Origin: Pseudonocardiaceae bacterium | GTDB taxonomy: Bacteria; Actinomycetota; Actinomycetes; Mycobacteriales; Pseudonocardiaceae | Direction: 5' to 3' | DNA: 64,000 nt | Assembly: GCA_009379815.1 (NCBI GenBank) | Contig: WHSY01000002.1 | Coordinates: 22,074 to 86,073 of the forward strand | Shown: piece by piece, positions 8,719 through 17,823 of the stretch | How the letters are laid out: every line of letters starts with the position of its first letter | Position numbering within the stretch: the stretch's first letter is position 1 | Program-made: the position numbers and the translations under genes | The notes under the pieces: generated by a model | Seen by the model: the letters and a program-made list of their open reading frames with translations, nothing else | Told to the model about the DNA's origin: nothing | Database searches by the model: none

Positions 8719-11700
8719 GTGGAGACGGGCCGGCTGCGCCTGCGGTTGCTCGGGCGCTTCAGCGTCGAGGGTGACCTCGACGGCCCGCTCCCGAGCGGGA
8801 AGGCGCAGCGGCTGCTCAAGCTGCTCGCCGCCCATCACGGGCAGTTCGTCCCGGTCGACTCGGTGATCGATGCGCTCTGGGGCGACGATCCCCCGCAGCA
8901 CGCCGACCGCAACGTCGCCGTGCTCGTCAGCCGGCTGCGCCGTAGCCTCGGAAGCCGCCGCATCGACGGCGGGCCCAGCGGCTACCGGCTGGTGCTCGAC
9001 GAGCTCACCGTGGTCGACGTCTTCGAGGCCGAGGACCTGGTACAGGCCGCCGAGCGGGAACTGTCCCGGCGGATGTACGCATTGGCCGCGGTGAGCGCGG
9101 AACAGGCGATCAGGCTGCTGGCCGCAGGGCGCCCGCTCACCGACGAGCGCGAGGCGCACTGGGCCGAGGACCTGCAGCGGTTCTCCGAGCGGCAGCTGCG
9201 CCGGGCACGGGCCTGTGGCTGGACCGCGGCGCTGGAGCTCGGCGAGCACCGGACGGCGATCCAGTTGGCCGGTGACGCGGTGGCCGCCGACCCCCTCGAC
9301 GAGGAGGCATGCCGCGCGGTGATGCTCGGTTGCCAGCGTGACGGCGAGTCCGGCGCGGCGCTGGTGGCCTACAAGTCGCTTCGCGCGGCGCTGGCCGAGC
9401 AGCTCGGCAGCGATCCCTCCCCCGCCAGCCAGGCGCTGTTCCTGTCGATCCTGCGTTCCGAGGTTCCGGCGACCTCGTCGCGGTCCAGGTCCCCGGACGC
9501 TGCGGCCGAGCCGTCCCCGCTGGTCGGGCGCGATGCCGAGCTGGAGCGGCTGCTCGACCTGTGGTCGCGGGCCGTGAACGGTTGCGCTGCGGTGGGCCTG
9601 GTCGTCGGGGAGGCCGGGATCGGCAAGAGCGCGCTGGTCGGTGCCGTGGCTGACCAGGTGCGCCATACCGGCGGCCTGGTGCTGGCCACCGGCTGCTCCG
9701 AAGCCGAACGATCGTTGTACCTGCAACCCTTGGTCCAGGCGGTGCGCGAGGCGGTCGCGAGGTTCGACAAGCGCACGATCCGTGACCTAAGCGGGGAGTG
9801 GCTCGGCACGCTCATCGAGCTGGTCCCCGAGCTGGCCCGGCTGACGGGGCCGGTGGGCTACGAGCGGGTCGCGCCCGAGCTCGAACATCGCCGCAGCCTC
9901 GAGGCGCTCGCCGCATTCCTCGCCGGCGTGGCCGAGCGGCAGCCGGTCATGGTGACGATCGAGGACCTGCAGCACGCCGGCCAGTCGACGATCGAGGCGC
10001 TGCACTTCCTCGCCACCCGCTGGGAGCGCGAGCGGATACTCGTGGTCGCCACCGAACGCATGACGGAGGACCCACCTGCCGTGACCCCGCTGCGCGACCT
10101 CGCGTCGTGCCTGCAGCTGCGGCCGTTGCCGATGGCCGCGGTGACGACCCTCGTCGAGCACTCCGGGCTCTCGCTCGACCCCGGTCGGCTCTACGAGTGG
10201 ACCGGCGGGTCGCCGCTGTTCGTCACCGAGCTGCTGCGCCACCCGGGATCGGCCCGGACCGAGCGCATCGAGCTCGGGATCCCGGTCTCGCTGCACGAGG
10301 CGGTCGCGGAGCGGCTGGACCATGCCGGCGAGGACGTCGCACTGGTGCTGGCGCAGGGCGCGATCCTGGGGACGGCCTTCTCGCTGGCGGAGGTCGCCGC
10401 GCTGTCCGGGCTCGACGAGGAGGAGTGTGCGTGGCGGGCGGAACGGGCACTGCGAGCAGGCCTGCTCGTCGAGCGCGGGGACAGCTTCCGGTTCGCCAAC
10501 GACATCGTGCAGCAGGTGGCCTACGACTCGGTCCCGGAGCCGATCCGGATCAGCCGCCACCGCAGGGCAGCCAAGCTGTTCGACGCCCGGCCCGAGGCGG
10601 CCGCGCATCAGCTCGCCGCAGCACACGACTGGCCGGAGGCCGCCAAGGCGTGGCTGCTCGCGGCGCACGCCGCGCACCTCGCGTTCGCGAACCGAGAGGC
10701 CGATCGCCTGCTCACCGAGGCCCTCGGGTCGGCGGAGCGCTCCGGGGACCATGACCTGCTGGCCACCGTCCGGTTCCGTCGGGGCCAGATCCGCACCGAT
10801 CTCGGACGCCACGACGATGCGCGGACCGATCACGAGGGCGCGCTGGCGCTGGCCCGCGAACTCGGCGACGAGGAGCTGGAGGCGCGCGTCCTGGAGCAGC
10901 TCGGCTGGACGGCGCTCTACGCGCGTGACGCGCTGGTCGCGGTGGATCTGGCCGCGCGCGCCAGCCATCTCGCGGAGTCGGCGGCGGCCGCCCCGGGCGC
11001 ACTGCCCAGCTCCCAACTGCTGCTCGGCCGGACGCGGCACTGGGACGGCGACTACTCCGGTGCTGCCTCGGCCTACGAGCAGGTGCTGACCGCGGAGACG
11101 GGTGACACGACGACGGCGATCGCACTGGCGTACCGGGGAGCGCTGCTGCAGCACATGGACCGGTTCGCCGAAGCGCAGTCGGTGCTCGAACGCGCCGCCG
11201 TGCTCTGCCGCCGAAACGGGCAGTTCCGGCTGCTGCTGCAGACGCTGTTCTTCACCGGGCTCGCGCGCGGCGATGTCGGCGACTTCGAGGGCGCGCTGCG
11301 AGCACTGGGCCGGGCTCGGCGACTCCTCGACACCTACGGCGTCAGCTATTACCGCGCGGGGATCGACACCACCACCTCCTGGCTGTGGCAGGAGCTGGGT
11401 GATGTGGGCCGCGCCAGGGAGTACGCCGAGCGTGCGGTGGACCTCGCCCACCGCGGCGGGGGCGCACTCGAGCTGGAGCAGGAGCTGCATGCGCTGCTGG
11501 CGCTGGCCGACTGCGACCTGATGCTCGGGCACGATGACGACGCCGGGGCGCGGGTGGAGGCGGCCGCCCCGATGCTGGAGAAGTCGCTTCCGTTTCAGCC
11601 CCGCGCCACGATGCGGCTGCTGGAGATGCGCGCCCGGTGGGATCCGGGCCAGGCCGAGGCCCTGCTCGAGTACTCGAGGACCTACTCGTCGGCCAAGTAC

Positions 11701-11910
11701 GAGTCGCTGGCACTGCGCCACCTCGGACGCGACGAGGAGGCGGCGCGCAAGGCCGCCGGGACCGGATCGGACCTGCTCGTCGGCCACCTGGGCGGGCCCG
11801 CGGCGAGCCGGGCTGCGGTGGGACGCATCGCCGGGGCGCTCTCGCCCGAGCTCCGGGACAGGTTCCTGTCCGATGGCCGGCTCGTCGGGCCGACCTTCCG
11901 GGCACGCTGA
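8719..11910 (+). CDS. AfsR/SARP-family transcriptional regulator (winged helix + BTAD + NTPase + TPR-like repeats)
   Basis: 3' 1063 codons of track ORF 7591..11910; the 5' part is an argS shadow frame. GTG 8719 gives VETGRLRLRLLGRFSVEG. BTAD region AYKSLRAALAEQLGSDPSPASQALF. Walker A GEAGIGKSAL. The exact start is uncertain. Confidence 0.8.
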   Translation: METGRLRLRLLGRFSVEGDLDGPLPSGKAQRLLKLLAAHHGQFVPVDSVIDALWGDDPPQHADRNVAVLVSRLRRSLGSRRIDGGPSGYRLVLDELTVVDVFEAEDLVQAAERELSRRMYALAAVSAEQAIRLLAAGRPLTDEREAHWAEDLQRFSERQLRRARACGWTAALELGEHRTAIQLAGDAVAADPLDEEACRAVMLGCQRDGESGAALVAYKSLRAALAEQLGSDPSPASQALFLSILRSEVPATSSRSRSPDAAAEPSPLVGRDAELERLLDLWSRAVNGCAAVGLVVGEAGIGKSALVGAVADQVRHTGGLVLATGCSEAERSLYLQPLVQAVREAVARFDKRTIRDLSGEWLGTLIELVPELARLTGPVGYERVAPELEHRRSLEALAAFLAGVAERQPVMVTIEDLQHAGQSTIEALHFLATRWERERILVVATERMTEDPPAVTPLRDLASCLQLRPLPMAAVTTLVEHSGLSLDPGRLYEWTGGSPLFVTELLRHPGSARTERIELGIPVSLHEAVAERLDHAGEDVALVLAQGAILGTAFSLAEVAALSGLDEEECAWRAERALRAGLLVERGDSFRFANDIVQQVAYDSVPEPIRISRHRRAAKLFDARPEAAAHQLAAAHDWPEAAKAWLLAAHAAHLAFANREADRLLTEALGSAERSGDHDLLATVRFRRGQIRTDLGRHDDARTDHEGALALARELGDEELEARVLEQLGWTALYARDALVAVDLAARASHLAESAAAAPGALPSSQLLLGRTRHWDGDYSGAASAYEQVLTAETGDTTTAIALAYRGALLQHMDRFAEAQSVLERAAVLCRRNGQFRLLLQTLFFTGLARGDVGDFEGALRALGRARRLLDTYGVSYYRAGIDTTTSWLWQELGDVGRAREYAERAVDLAHRGGGALELEQELHALLALADCDLMLGHDDDAGARVEAAAPMLEKSLPFQPRATMRLLEMRARWDPGQAEALLEYSRTYSSAKYESLALRHLGRDEEAARKAAGTGSDLLVGHLGGPAASRAAVGRIAGALSPELRDRFLSDGRLVGPTFRAR

Positions 11911-12387
11911 TCAGCCGGTCAGCCCGATCTCCATGAGTACGTGCGGGCGGCCCACGTACTCCTCGACGTCGCCCCGGCGGGCCCAGCCGAGTCGCTCGAA
12001 GAAGCGCTCGTTGGCCAGCTGCACGTGCGCGAGCATCCGGCCACCGCCGCGCCTGCCCGCCGTCTCGACCGCGAAGGCGACCAGCGGGGCGCCCAGACCG
12101 CTGGTCCGGTAGCCGGGCAGCACGGCGAGGCGGTCCCCCTGCCAGGTTCCGGTCGAGGCATCCAGCGGGTAGAGCCGGACGGCACCCGCCGGAACCCCGT
12201 TGTGCAGCCCCAGAACGTGCAGCACGTCGGGCCGCGCGTCCTGGGCGTCCACATCGGACTCGTCGAAGATGGCCTGCTCGCGGACGAAGACCTCGAACCG
12301 GATCCGGTGGTGGGCGGCCAGCTCGGCGGCATCGCCGGCCAGCCGGCAGGACACCGGCCCGGCGCTGACCCCGGACGGCGCGGTCAT
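11911..12387 (-). CDS. GNAT N-acetyltransferase, probably MSMEG_0567/Sll0786 (Nit1C NitE-like) family
   Basis: ATG 12387 overlaps the radical-SAM stop (ATGA). GNAT features FEVFVREQAIF, GAVRLYPL, GDRLAVLPGYRTSGLGAPLV, ANERFFERLGW. The family call rests on coupling to the radical SAM gene. Its stop abuts the AfsR stop with zero spacer. Confidence 0.7.
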   Translation of the reverse strand: MTAPSGVSAGPVSCRLAGDAAELAAHHRIRFEVFVREQAIFDESDVDAQDARPDVLHVLGLHNGVPAGAVRLYPLDASTGTWQGDRLAVLPGYRTSGLGAPLVAFAVETAGRRGGGRMLAHVQLANERFFERLGWARRGDVEEYVGRPHVLMEIGLTG

Positions 12388-13559
12388 CCCGTGCCCTCCC
12401 GCGACGGGCCGGAACCGATCTGCAGCAACGGCTGCACGGTGTTCAGCGCCGAGCACGCCTGGCATCGCGCACACCCGGCGACGGCGGTGTCGGCACCGAG
12501 CCCGCGTTCGGCGAGGTAGCCGGCGACGCGACGGTAGATGCGTTCGGTGTACTCGGCCGGCGGGGCGGGCACGTCCTCCATCAGGCTGCCGGCCACCGGG
12601 CGCAGCGGAACGACGAACGGGTACACCCCGATGTCGATCGCGCGGCGGCACTCGGCCACGGTCAGCTCCGGGTCCTCTCCCATGCCCAGGATCACGTAGG
12701 TCGACACCCGCCCCTCCCCGAACAGCTCCACCGCCCGCTCCCAGGTGCGGAAGTAGGTCTCGATGCCGGTGCGGGCCTTGCCCGGAGCCACCCGCGCGAG
12801 TACCGCCGGGTCGAACGTCTCGACGTGGATCCCGACCGCGTCGATACCGAGACCGGCGACCTCGTCGAGTACCGCGAGGTCACGCGGCGGTTCGAACTGC
12901 ACCTCCACGGGCAGGCCGGCGGCCTCCTTGACGGCGTGACCGCAGCGGGCGACGTAGCGCGCTCCCCGGTCGGGAGCGGCCGAGCTGCCGGTGGTCAGCG
13001 TGGCGTCGACCGCACCATCGAGCTCCTTGGCTGCCACCGCGACCTCGGCGAGCTGCTGCGGCGTCTTGCGCACGATCGTGCGCCCGGCTTCGAGCGACAG
13101 GCCGATGCCGCAGAACCCGCATTGGTCGGAGTTGCCCCAGTAGTTGCAGGTCTGGACCACGGTGCTGGCCAGCGAGTCAAGGTGCAGCAGCGCGATCTTC
13201 CAGTACGGCACGCCGTCGGCGGTCGTCATGTCGTAGAACCGGGGGCGGTGGCTGCTCGTGACCGAGGCGAGCTTTCTCCCGTCCCGGTAGATCCCCTCGC
13301 CGTCGTCCTCGGCCTTGAGTACGTACGGCGAGTGACGTGCGGCCTCGGTCTGCGTGGGCACCGTGGCCGGGATGCCCTCGATCCACAGCATCCCGGAGTC
13401 CGAAGGGCCGGCTCCCCCACGCCGCGTCTCGATCGGCGCCTCGACGCGCAGCCCGACGCTCTGCAGGTCCATGACCAACGCCGCGACGGCTGTCGGGTCC
13501 GCTGCAGTGTCGCGCTCGTCTACTCCCACGACGGACCCGGTACCCAGCTCACCAGTCAT
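12384..13559 (-). CDS. Radical SAM protein, probably MSMEG_0568 (Nit1C NitD-like) family
   Basis: ORF 12384..13559. Cys triad in VVQTCNYWGNSDQCGFCGIG (spacing C-x8-C-x2-C as read). Size and neighbourhood match the Nit1C radical SAM gene. Confidence 0.75.
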   Translation of the reverse strand: MTGELGTGSVVGVDERDTAADPTAVAALVMDLQSVGLRVEAPIETRRGGAGPSDSGMLWIEGIPATVPTQTEAARHSPYVLKAEDDGEGIYRDGRKLASVTSSHRPRFYDMTTADGVPYWKIALLHLDSLASTVVQTCNYWGNSDQCGFCGIGLSLEAGRTIVRKTPQQLAEVAVAAKELDGAVDATLTTGSSAAPDRGARYVARCGHAVKEAAGLPVEVQFEPPRDLAVLDEVAGLGIDAVGIHVETFDPAVLARVAPGKARTGIETYFRTWERAVELFGEGRVSTYVILGMGEDPELTVAECRRAIDIGVYPFVVPLRPVAGSLMEDVPAPPAEYTERIYRRVAGYLAERGLGADTAVAGCARCQACSALNTVQPLLQIGSGPSREGTG

Positions 13560-13645
13560 GCGCTATCCCTCACCTCGAGCACCATTTACTTTAGGAGTCA
13601 GCCATACCTCATAGGAGACCTGTCACCGCATGGTTGTCAAGGCGG

Positions 13646-14005
13646 TCACCCGCGTTCGGTCTCGGACCCGGTGGCGGCGGCCAACTCCCTGCTGCGCAGC
13701 GAACATGCGGCCCGCAGCAACACCTCGTCACCGATCCCGGCAGCAGCGGCCCGATCGACCGTGGCGGCGGCGAGTATCTCGGCAGGCTGCGCCTCGACCG
13801 CGAGCAGCTCCTCGGCGGTGGCCGTCCTGCGGCGCAGCTCGCTGAGCACGGCGCTCACCACGGAGATGACCCGCTGGTAGGCGTCGGGATCGGCCATCAA
13901 CTGCGGGTAGAGCCGGTCCTCGGCAGCCCGCCACCGCATCCGCGCCGCCACCAGCCGGTCAGGTCCCGACCCGCTGCCGTCCACGGGGTCACCTCCCACC
14001 GACAT
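13646..14005 (-). CDS. Hypothetical 119-aa protein heading the rSAM-GNAT unit
   Basis: ORF 13646..14005. ATG preceded by GGAGGAGG (complement of 14012-14019) at 6-nt spacing. Ala/Arg/Leu-rich helical sequence; no family recognised. Confidence 0.5.
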   Translation of the reverse strand: MSVGGDPVDGSGSGPDRLVAARMRWRAAEDRLYPQLMADPDAYQRVISVVSAVLSELRRRTATAEELLAVEAQPAEILAAATVDRAAAAGIGDEVLLRAACSLRSRELAAATGSETERG

Positions 14006-14098
14006 CGACGACCTCCTCCGATGAGTTTACTATAGTGTACGTTGCAGGATCATCCTGAATGTGCAGTGTCCGAGGACGGACCACGGGAGACAACGAAC

Positions 14099-15076
14099 AT
14101 GCCCAGGACAGCCGTCGTCGCGCTCGGGGGCAACGCGATCACCCGAGAGGGCCAGTCCGGCACCCATTCCGAACAGGCGGCCAACGCGCGCGCGATGGCC
14201 GCGGCCGTGTGCTCACTACGTGACGCCGGCTGGCAGGTCGTCCTCGTCCACGGCAACGGGCCGCAGGTGGGCAACCTCGTCATCCAGCAGGACGAGGCTG
14301 CCCACGAAGTGCCACCACTGCCGCTGTTCTGCCTCGACGCGATGACCGAGGGCCAGCTGGGCAGCCTGCTCACGCTGGCGCTGCACGAGCAGGCGGGTGA
14401 CACGCTTCCTGGCGTGGTGTCGGTCGTCACCCACGTGGTGGTCTCGCCGGATGACCCGGCGTTCACCCATCCAGCCAAGCCGATCGGGCCGTTCCTCGAC
14501 CGTGAGCAGGCCGACCGGCTGGCTGCCGGGGGTCGCTGGCAGGTGGCCGAGGATGCCGGGCGTGGCTACCGCCGGGTGGTCGCATCGCCACAGCCGTTGG
14601 ACATCGTCGAGACCGAGGCGATACGGGCGTTGGTCGACCGCGGCATGATCGTCACGGCGGCCGGTGGGGGCGGGGTGCCGGTCGTCGCCGAGGGGCGCGG
14701 CTACCGGGGCATCGACGCCGTCATCGACAAGGACCTCGCGGCGCAGCAGCTGGCGCAGTCGCTCGACGCCGGGGCCCTCGTGCTGGTGACCGACGTGGAC
14801 CAGGTGCTGCTCGACTTCGGCAGTCCGCAGCAGCGGCCGGTCACCGAGCTGACCGCCGATGAGGCGCAACGCCACCTCGACGACGGGCAGTTCCCCGAGG
14901 GGAGCATGGGACCGAAGGTGCGGGCCGCGATCGGCTTCGTCCGGGGCGGCGGCCAGGCCGCCGTGATCACCAGCGCGCAACGGGCCGTACGATCGCTCGA
15001 CGGCGAGCCGCATCCCGATGACGAGGTCGGCACCCGCATCGTCGCGGAGCGGGTGCGGCTGGAGGGAATCTCGTGA
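14099..15076 (+). CDS. arcC: Carbamate kinase
   Basis: ATG 14099 inside track ORF 14042..15076. Hallmarks HGNGPQVG, GGGGVPV, VIDKDL, GSMGPKV. Confidence 0.85.
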   Translation: MPRTAVVALGGNAITREGQSGTHSEQAANARAMAAAVCSLRDAGWQVVLVHGNGPQVGNLVIQQDEAAHEVPPLPLFCLDAMTEGQLGSLLTLALHEQAGDTLPGVVSVVTHVVVSPDDPAFTHPAKPIGPFLDREQADRLAAGGRWQVAEDAGRGYRRVVASPQPLDIVETEAIRALVDRGMIVTAAGGGGVPVVAEGRGYRGIDAVIDKDLAAQQLAQSLDAGALVLVTDVDQVLLDFGSPQQRPVTELTADEAQRHLDDGQFPEGSMGPKVRAAIGFVRGGGQAAVITSAQRAVRSLDGEPHPDDEVGTRIVAERVRLEGIS

Positions 15077-16617
15077 CGACCTCGCTGCGGTTGCACACCG
15101 ACACCTACCTCGACTCGGTGGTGCAGCTGTCCGGAACCCGCGCGATGCGTGAGGTCGACGGCGTGCAGTGGGCGGCAGCCGCGATGGCCACCCCGGCGAA
15201 CCTCGAGACGCTGGCGGGGGAGGGTTTCGGCTCCGAACAGTGGCAAGGCGCGGGCGCCAACGACCTGTTCATCGCGATCCGCGGGGATTCCGAAGACGTG
15301 ATCGAGCAGGCGGTCACGGCCGCCGAGCGGGCGATGTTCGCGCCGCGGGGCGGCGACGAGCCCGGGCAGGGCAGCACCGAGCAACCCGCCAGGACGCTGC
15401 GCGATGCACTGCAGCGCGCGCCGGACAGCAACGTCGCGGTGATCTCGGTGCCCGGCGACTACGCCGCGCTGGAGGCGCACAAGGCGTTGACCGCAGGGCT
15501 GGACGTGCTGCTGTTCAGCGACAACGTGCCCCGCAGCGCCGAGGTCGAGCTCAAGCAGCGTGCCGAACGGCTCGGCCGGCTCGTGATGGGGCCCGGCGCC
15601 GGGACGGCGATGCTCGGTGGCACCTGTCTCGGCTTCGCCAACGTCACCTCGCCGGGGCCGGTCGCCGTCGTCGCGGCCGCCGGTACCGGCGCGCAGGAGG
15701 CGATGAGCCTGCTCGACCGGTGGGGGGTCGGCGTGTCTCATGTCATCGGCCTCGGCGGCCGCGACCTGTCCCGCGAGGTCGGGGGGCCGATGGCCCGCAC
15801 CGCGCTGGCCGCGCTGGCTGCCGACGAGCGCACCGAGCTGATCCTGCTGGTGTCCAAACCGCCGGACCCGGACGTGGCCCGCGCCGTGCTGTCCGCCGCG
15901 GCGGGCACGCCGGTCGTCGCGTCACTGATCGGGCTCGACAGCGGACTGGACGTGCCGGCCGGGGTGACGCAGGCCGCCACCCTCGAGACCGGGGTGGTCG
16001 AGGCGCTGACCGCGATGGGCCGCGCGGCGCCGGACACCGCGGCCGGCCTGGCCGACCGGGTGCGCGAGGTGTGCGAGGAACTGCCGGGCCGGCGCACGCT
16101 GGTCCGCGGCCTGTACTCCGGGGGGACGCTGTGTTACGAGTCCCTGGTGATCCTGTCCCGGATGCTGGGGTCGGTGTATTCGAACACCCCGATCGAGGCC
16201 GGCACCGGGCTGCCCGCCCCGGACGGCAGCCACCTGTGCCTCGACCTGGGCGAGGAGGAGTACACGCAGGGCAGGCCCCACCCGATGATCGACCCGGAGG
16301 CCCGTATCGAGCTGCTGCGGCAGCAGGGTGACGACCCCGACGTGGCGGCGATCATCCTCGACGTCGTGCTCGGCTACGGGGCCCACCCCGACCCCGCGGC
16401 CGAGCTGGCGCCGGTGTGCGCCCAGATCAGCGCGGACGGCGGGCCCAGGGTGGTGACCTACGTGCTGGGCACCGAGCAGGATCCGCAGGGCTTCGCCGCC
16501 CAGCGCAAGGCGTTCTCCGACGCCGGCTGTGTGGTCACCGAGACGGCGGCCCGCGCGTCGCTTGCCGCCGCGGCGATCGCACTGCGCGACCCGGAGCTGG
16601 CCGGGACCGCGCTGTGA
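15073..16617 (+). CDS. FdrA-family protein (succinyl-CoA-ligase-alpha-like; AllF-like)
   Basis: ORF 15073..16617; GTG overlaps the arcC stop (GTGA). N-terminus MTTSLRLHTDTYLDSVVQLSGTRAMR and ~514 aa fit FdrA. Confidence 0.8.
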   Translation: MTTSLRLHTDTYLDSVVQLSGTRAMREVDGVQWAAAAMATPANLETLAGEGFGSEQWQGAGANDLFIAIRGDSEDVIEQAVTAAERAMFAPRGGDEPGQGSTEQPARTLRDALQRAPDSNVAVISVPGDYAALEAHKALTAGLDVLLFSDNVPRSAEVELKQRAERLGRLVMGPGAGTAMLGGTCLGFANVTSPGPVAVVAAAGTGAQEAMSLLDRWGVGVSHVIGLGGRDLSREVGGPMARTALAALAADERTELILLVSKPPDPDVARAVLSAAAGTPVVASLIGLDSGLDVPAGVTQAATLETGVVEALTAMGRAAPDTAAGLADRVREVCEELPGRRTLVRGLYSGGTLCYESLVILSRMLGSVYSNTPIEAGTGLPAPDGSHLCLDLGEEEYTQGRPHPMIDPEARIELLRQQGDDPDVAAIILDVVLGYGAHPDPAAELAPVCAQISADGGPRVVTYVLGTEQDPQGFAAQRKAFSDAGCVVTETAARASLAAAAIALRDPELAGTAL

Positions 16618-17798
16618 CGGCCGCGCGCGCCGGGACGGGCTCCGGCGTTGGGGTCGCACTGGTCACCTACTCCACCAAGCCGCGTGGCGGTGTCGTGCAC
16701 ACGCTGTGCCTGGCCGAGGAGCTGCACCGGCAGGGCTACCCGGTGCATGTGATCACGCTCGGGGATCCCGCGGTGGGCTTCTTCCGGCCGACCACCGTGC
16801 CCCACACGGTGCTACCGGCTCCGGACAAGGGCACCACCCTCGACGAGCGGGTCTTCGCCGCGATCGACGCGCTGACCGAGGGTCTGAGCGACCTCGCCGG
16901 GCACTTCGACATCCTGCACACCCAGGACTGCATCTCCGCGCGGGCCGCAGCCGGAATCCGCGCTGCCGGCCTGCCCGTGACGGTCGTCCGCACGGTGCAC
17001 CACGTCGACGACTTCACCACCCCCGCCCTGATCACCTGCCAGCGCCGGGCGATCGAGGAACCCGATCTGGTGCTCGTGGTCAGCGAGCAGTGGCGGCGGA
17101 TCCTGCGCGCCGACTACGGCGTCGACGCCCTCGTGGTGCCCAACGGCGTCGACACCGAGCGCTTCCCCGCGGTGCCCGCCGCCGCCCGGGCGCAGCTGCG
17201 TGACCGTGCTGGTGCCGACGGGCGGTTCCTGTTCCTGTCCGTCGGTGGTGTCGAGCCCCGCAAGGGCAGCGTGTACCTGTTCGAGGCGCTCGGGCGGTTG
17301 GCGAGCACCCACCGGCTGCGCCCGATGCTCGCCGTCGTCGGCGGGCACTCCTTCCAGGACTACGCGGCCTACCGCGAGGCCGCGCTCGCGTCGCTGCCGT
17401 CGCTCGGGTTGCGGCCCGGCGCGGACGTGATCGAGCTCGGTACCGTCGACGACGCCGAGCTGGCAGGGTGGTACGCCGCCGCCGACGCGCTGGCGTTCCC
17501 CTCGGTCAAGGAGGGCTGGGGGCTGGCGGTGCTCGAGGCGATGAGCATGGACCTGCCGGTGATCGCCAGCAACCTCCCCGTGTTCGGCGAGTACCTCACA
17601 GACGGGCACGACGCGCTGCTCCCGGCCGTCGCCGACAGCACCGCACTGGCCGGCGCCATGGACCGGATGATCACCGACGCTGATCTGCGCGACCGGCTGC
17701 GGACCGGCGGCCGTGAGGTGGTCGAGCGCTTCACCTGGAAAGCCAGCGCCGACCGGCACCGCGACATCTACCGCACGATCCGCTCCGCTCGGCGGTAG
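16614..17798 (+). CDS. GT4 glycosyltransferase, probably MSMEG_0565 family
   Basis: GTG 16614 overlaps the fdrA stop (GTGA), in frame with track ORF 16416..17798. VALVTYSTKPRGGVVHTLCLAEELHRQGYPVHVITLG and FPSVKEGWGLAVLEAMSMDLPVIAS (GT4 C-domain). Confidence 0.75.
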   Translation: MTAARAGTGSGVGVALVTYSTKPRGGVVHTLCLAEELHRQGYPVHVITLGDPAVGFFRPTTVPHTVLPAPDKGTTLDERVFAAIDALTEGLSDLAGHFDILHTQDCISARAAAGIRAAGLPVTVVRTVHHVDDFTTPALITCQRRAIEEPDLVLVVSEQWRRILRADYGVDALVVPNGVDTERFPAVPAAARAQLRDRAGADGRFLFLSVGGVEPRKGSVYLFEALGRLASTHRLRPMLAVVGGHSFQDYAAYREAALASLPSLGLRPGADVIELGTVDDAELAGWYAAADALAFPSVKEGWGLAVLEAMSMDLPVIASNLPVFGEYLTDGHDALLPAVADSTALAGAMDRMITDADLRDRLRTGGREVVERFTWKASADRHRDIYRTIRSARR

Positions 17799-17823
17799 TT
17801 CCGGGTGTGATGAGGTCGCTGCC

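Noticed and set aside
7591-11910. 1439-aa ORF in the track spanning argS and the AfsR-like regulator
   Set aside because: Its first ~376 codons are an Arg/Pro/Gly-rich out-of-frame shadow of argS. A recognisable protein begins only near GTG 8719, after the argS stop at 8638.
13560-13645. Direct TAGGAG...TAGGAG repeats and a possible TTGACA-like box between the 119-aa ORF and the radical SAM gene
   Set aside because: The spacing to any -10-like hexamer is wrong (about 21 nt), and the repeat is only 6 nt. The evidence is insufficient for an internal promoter call.
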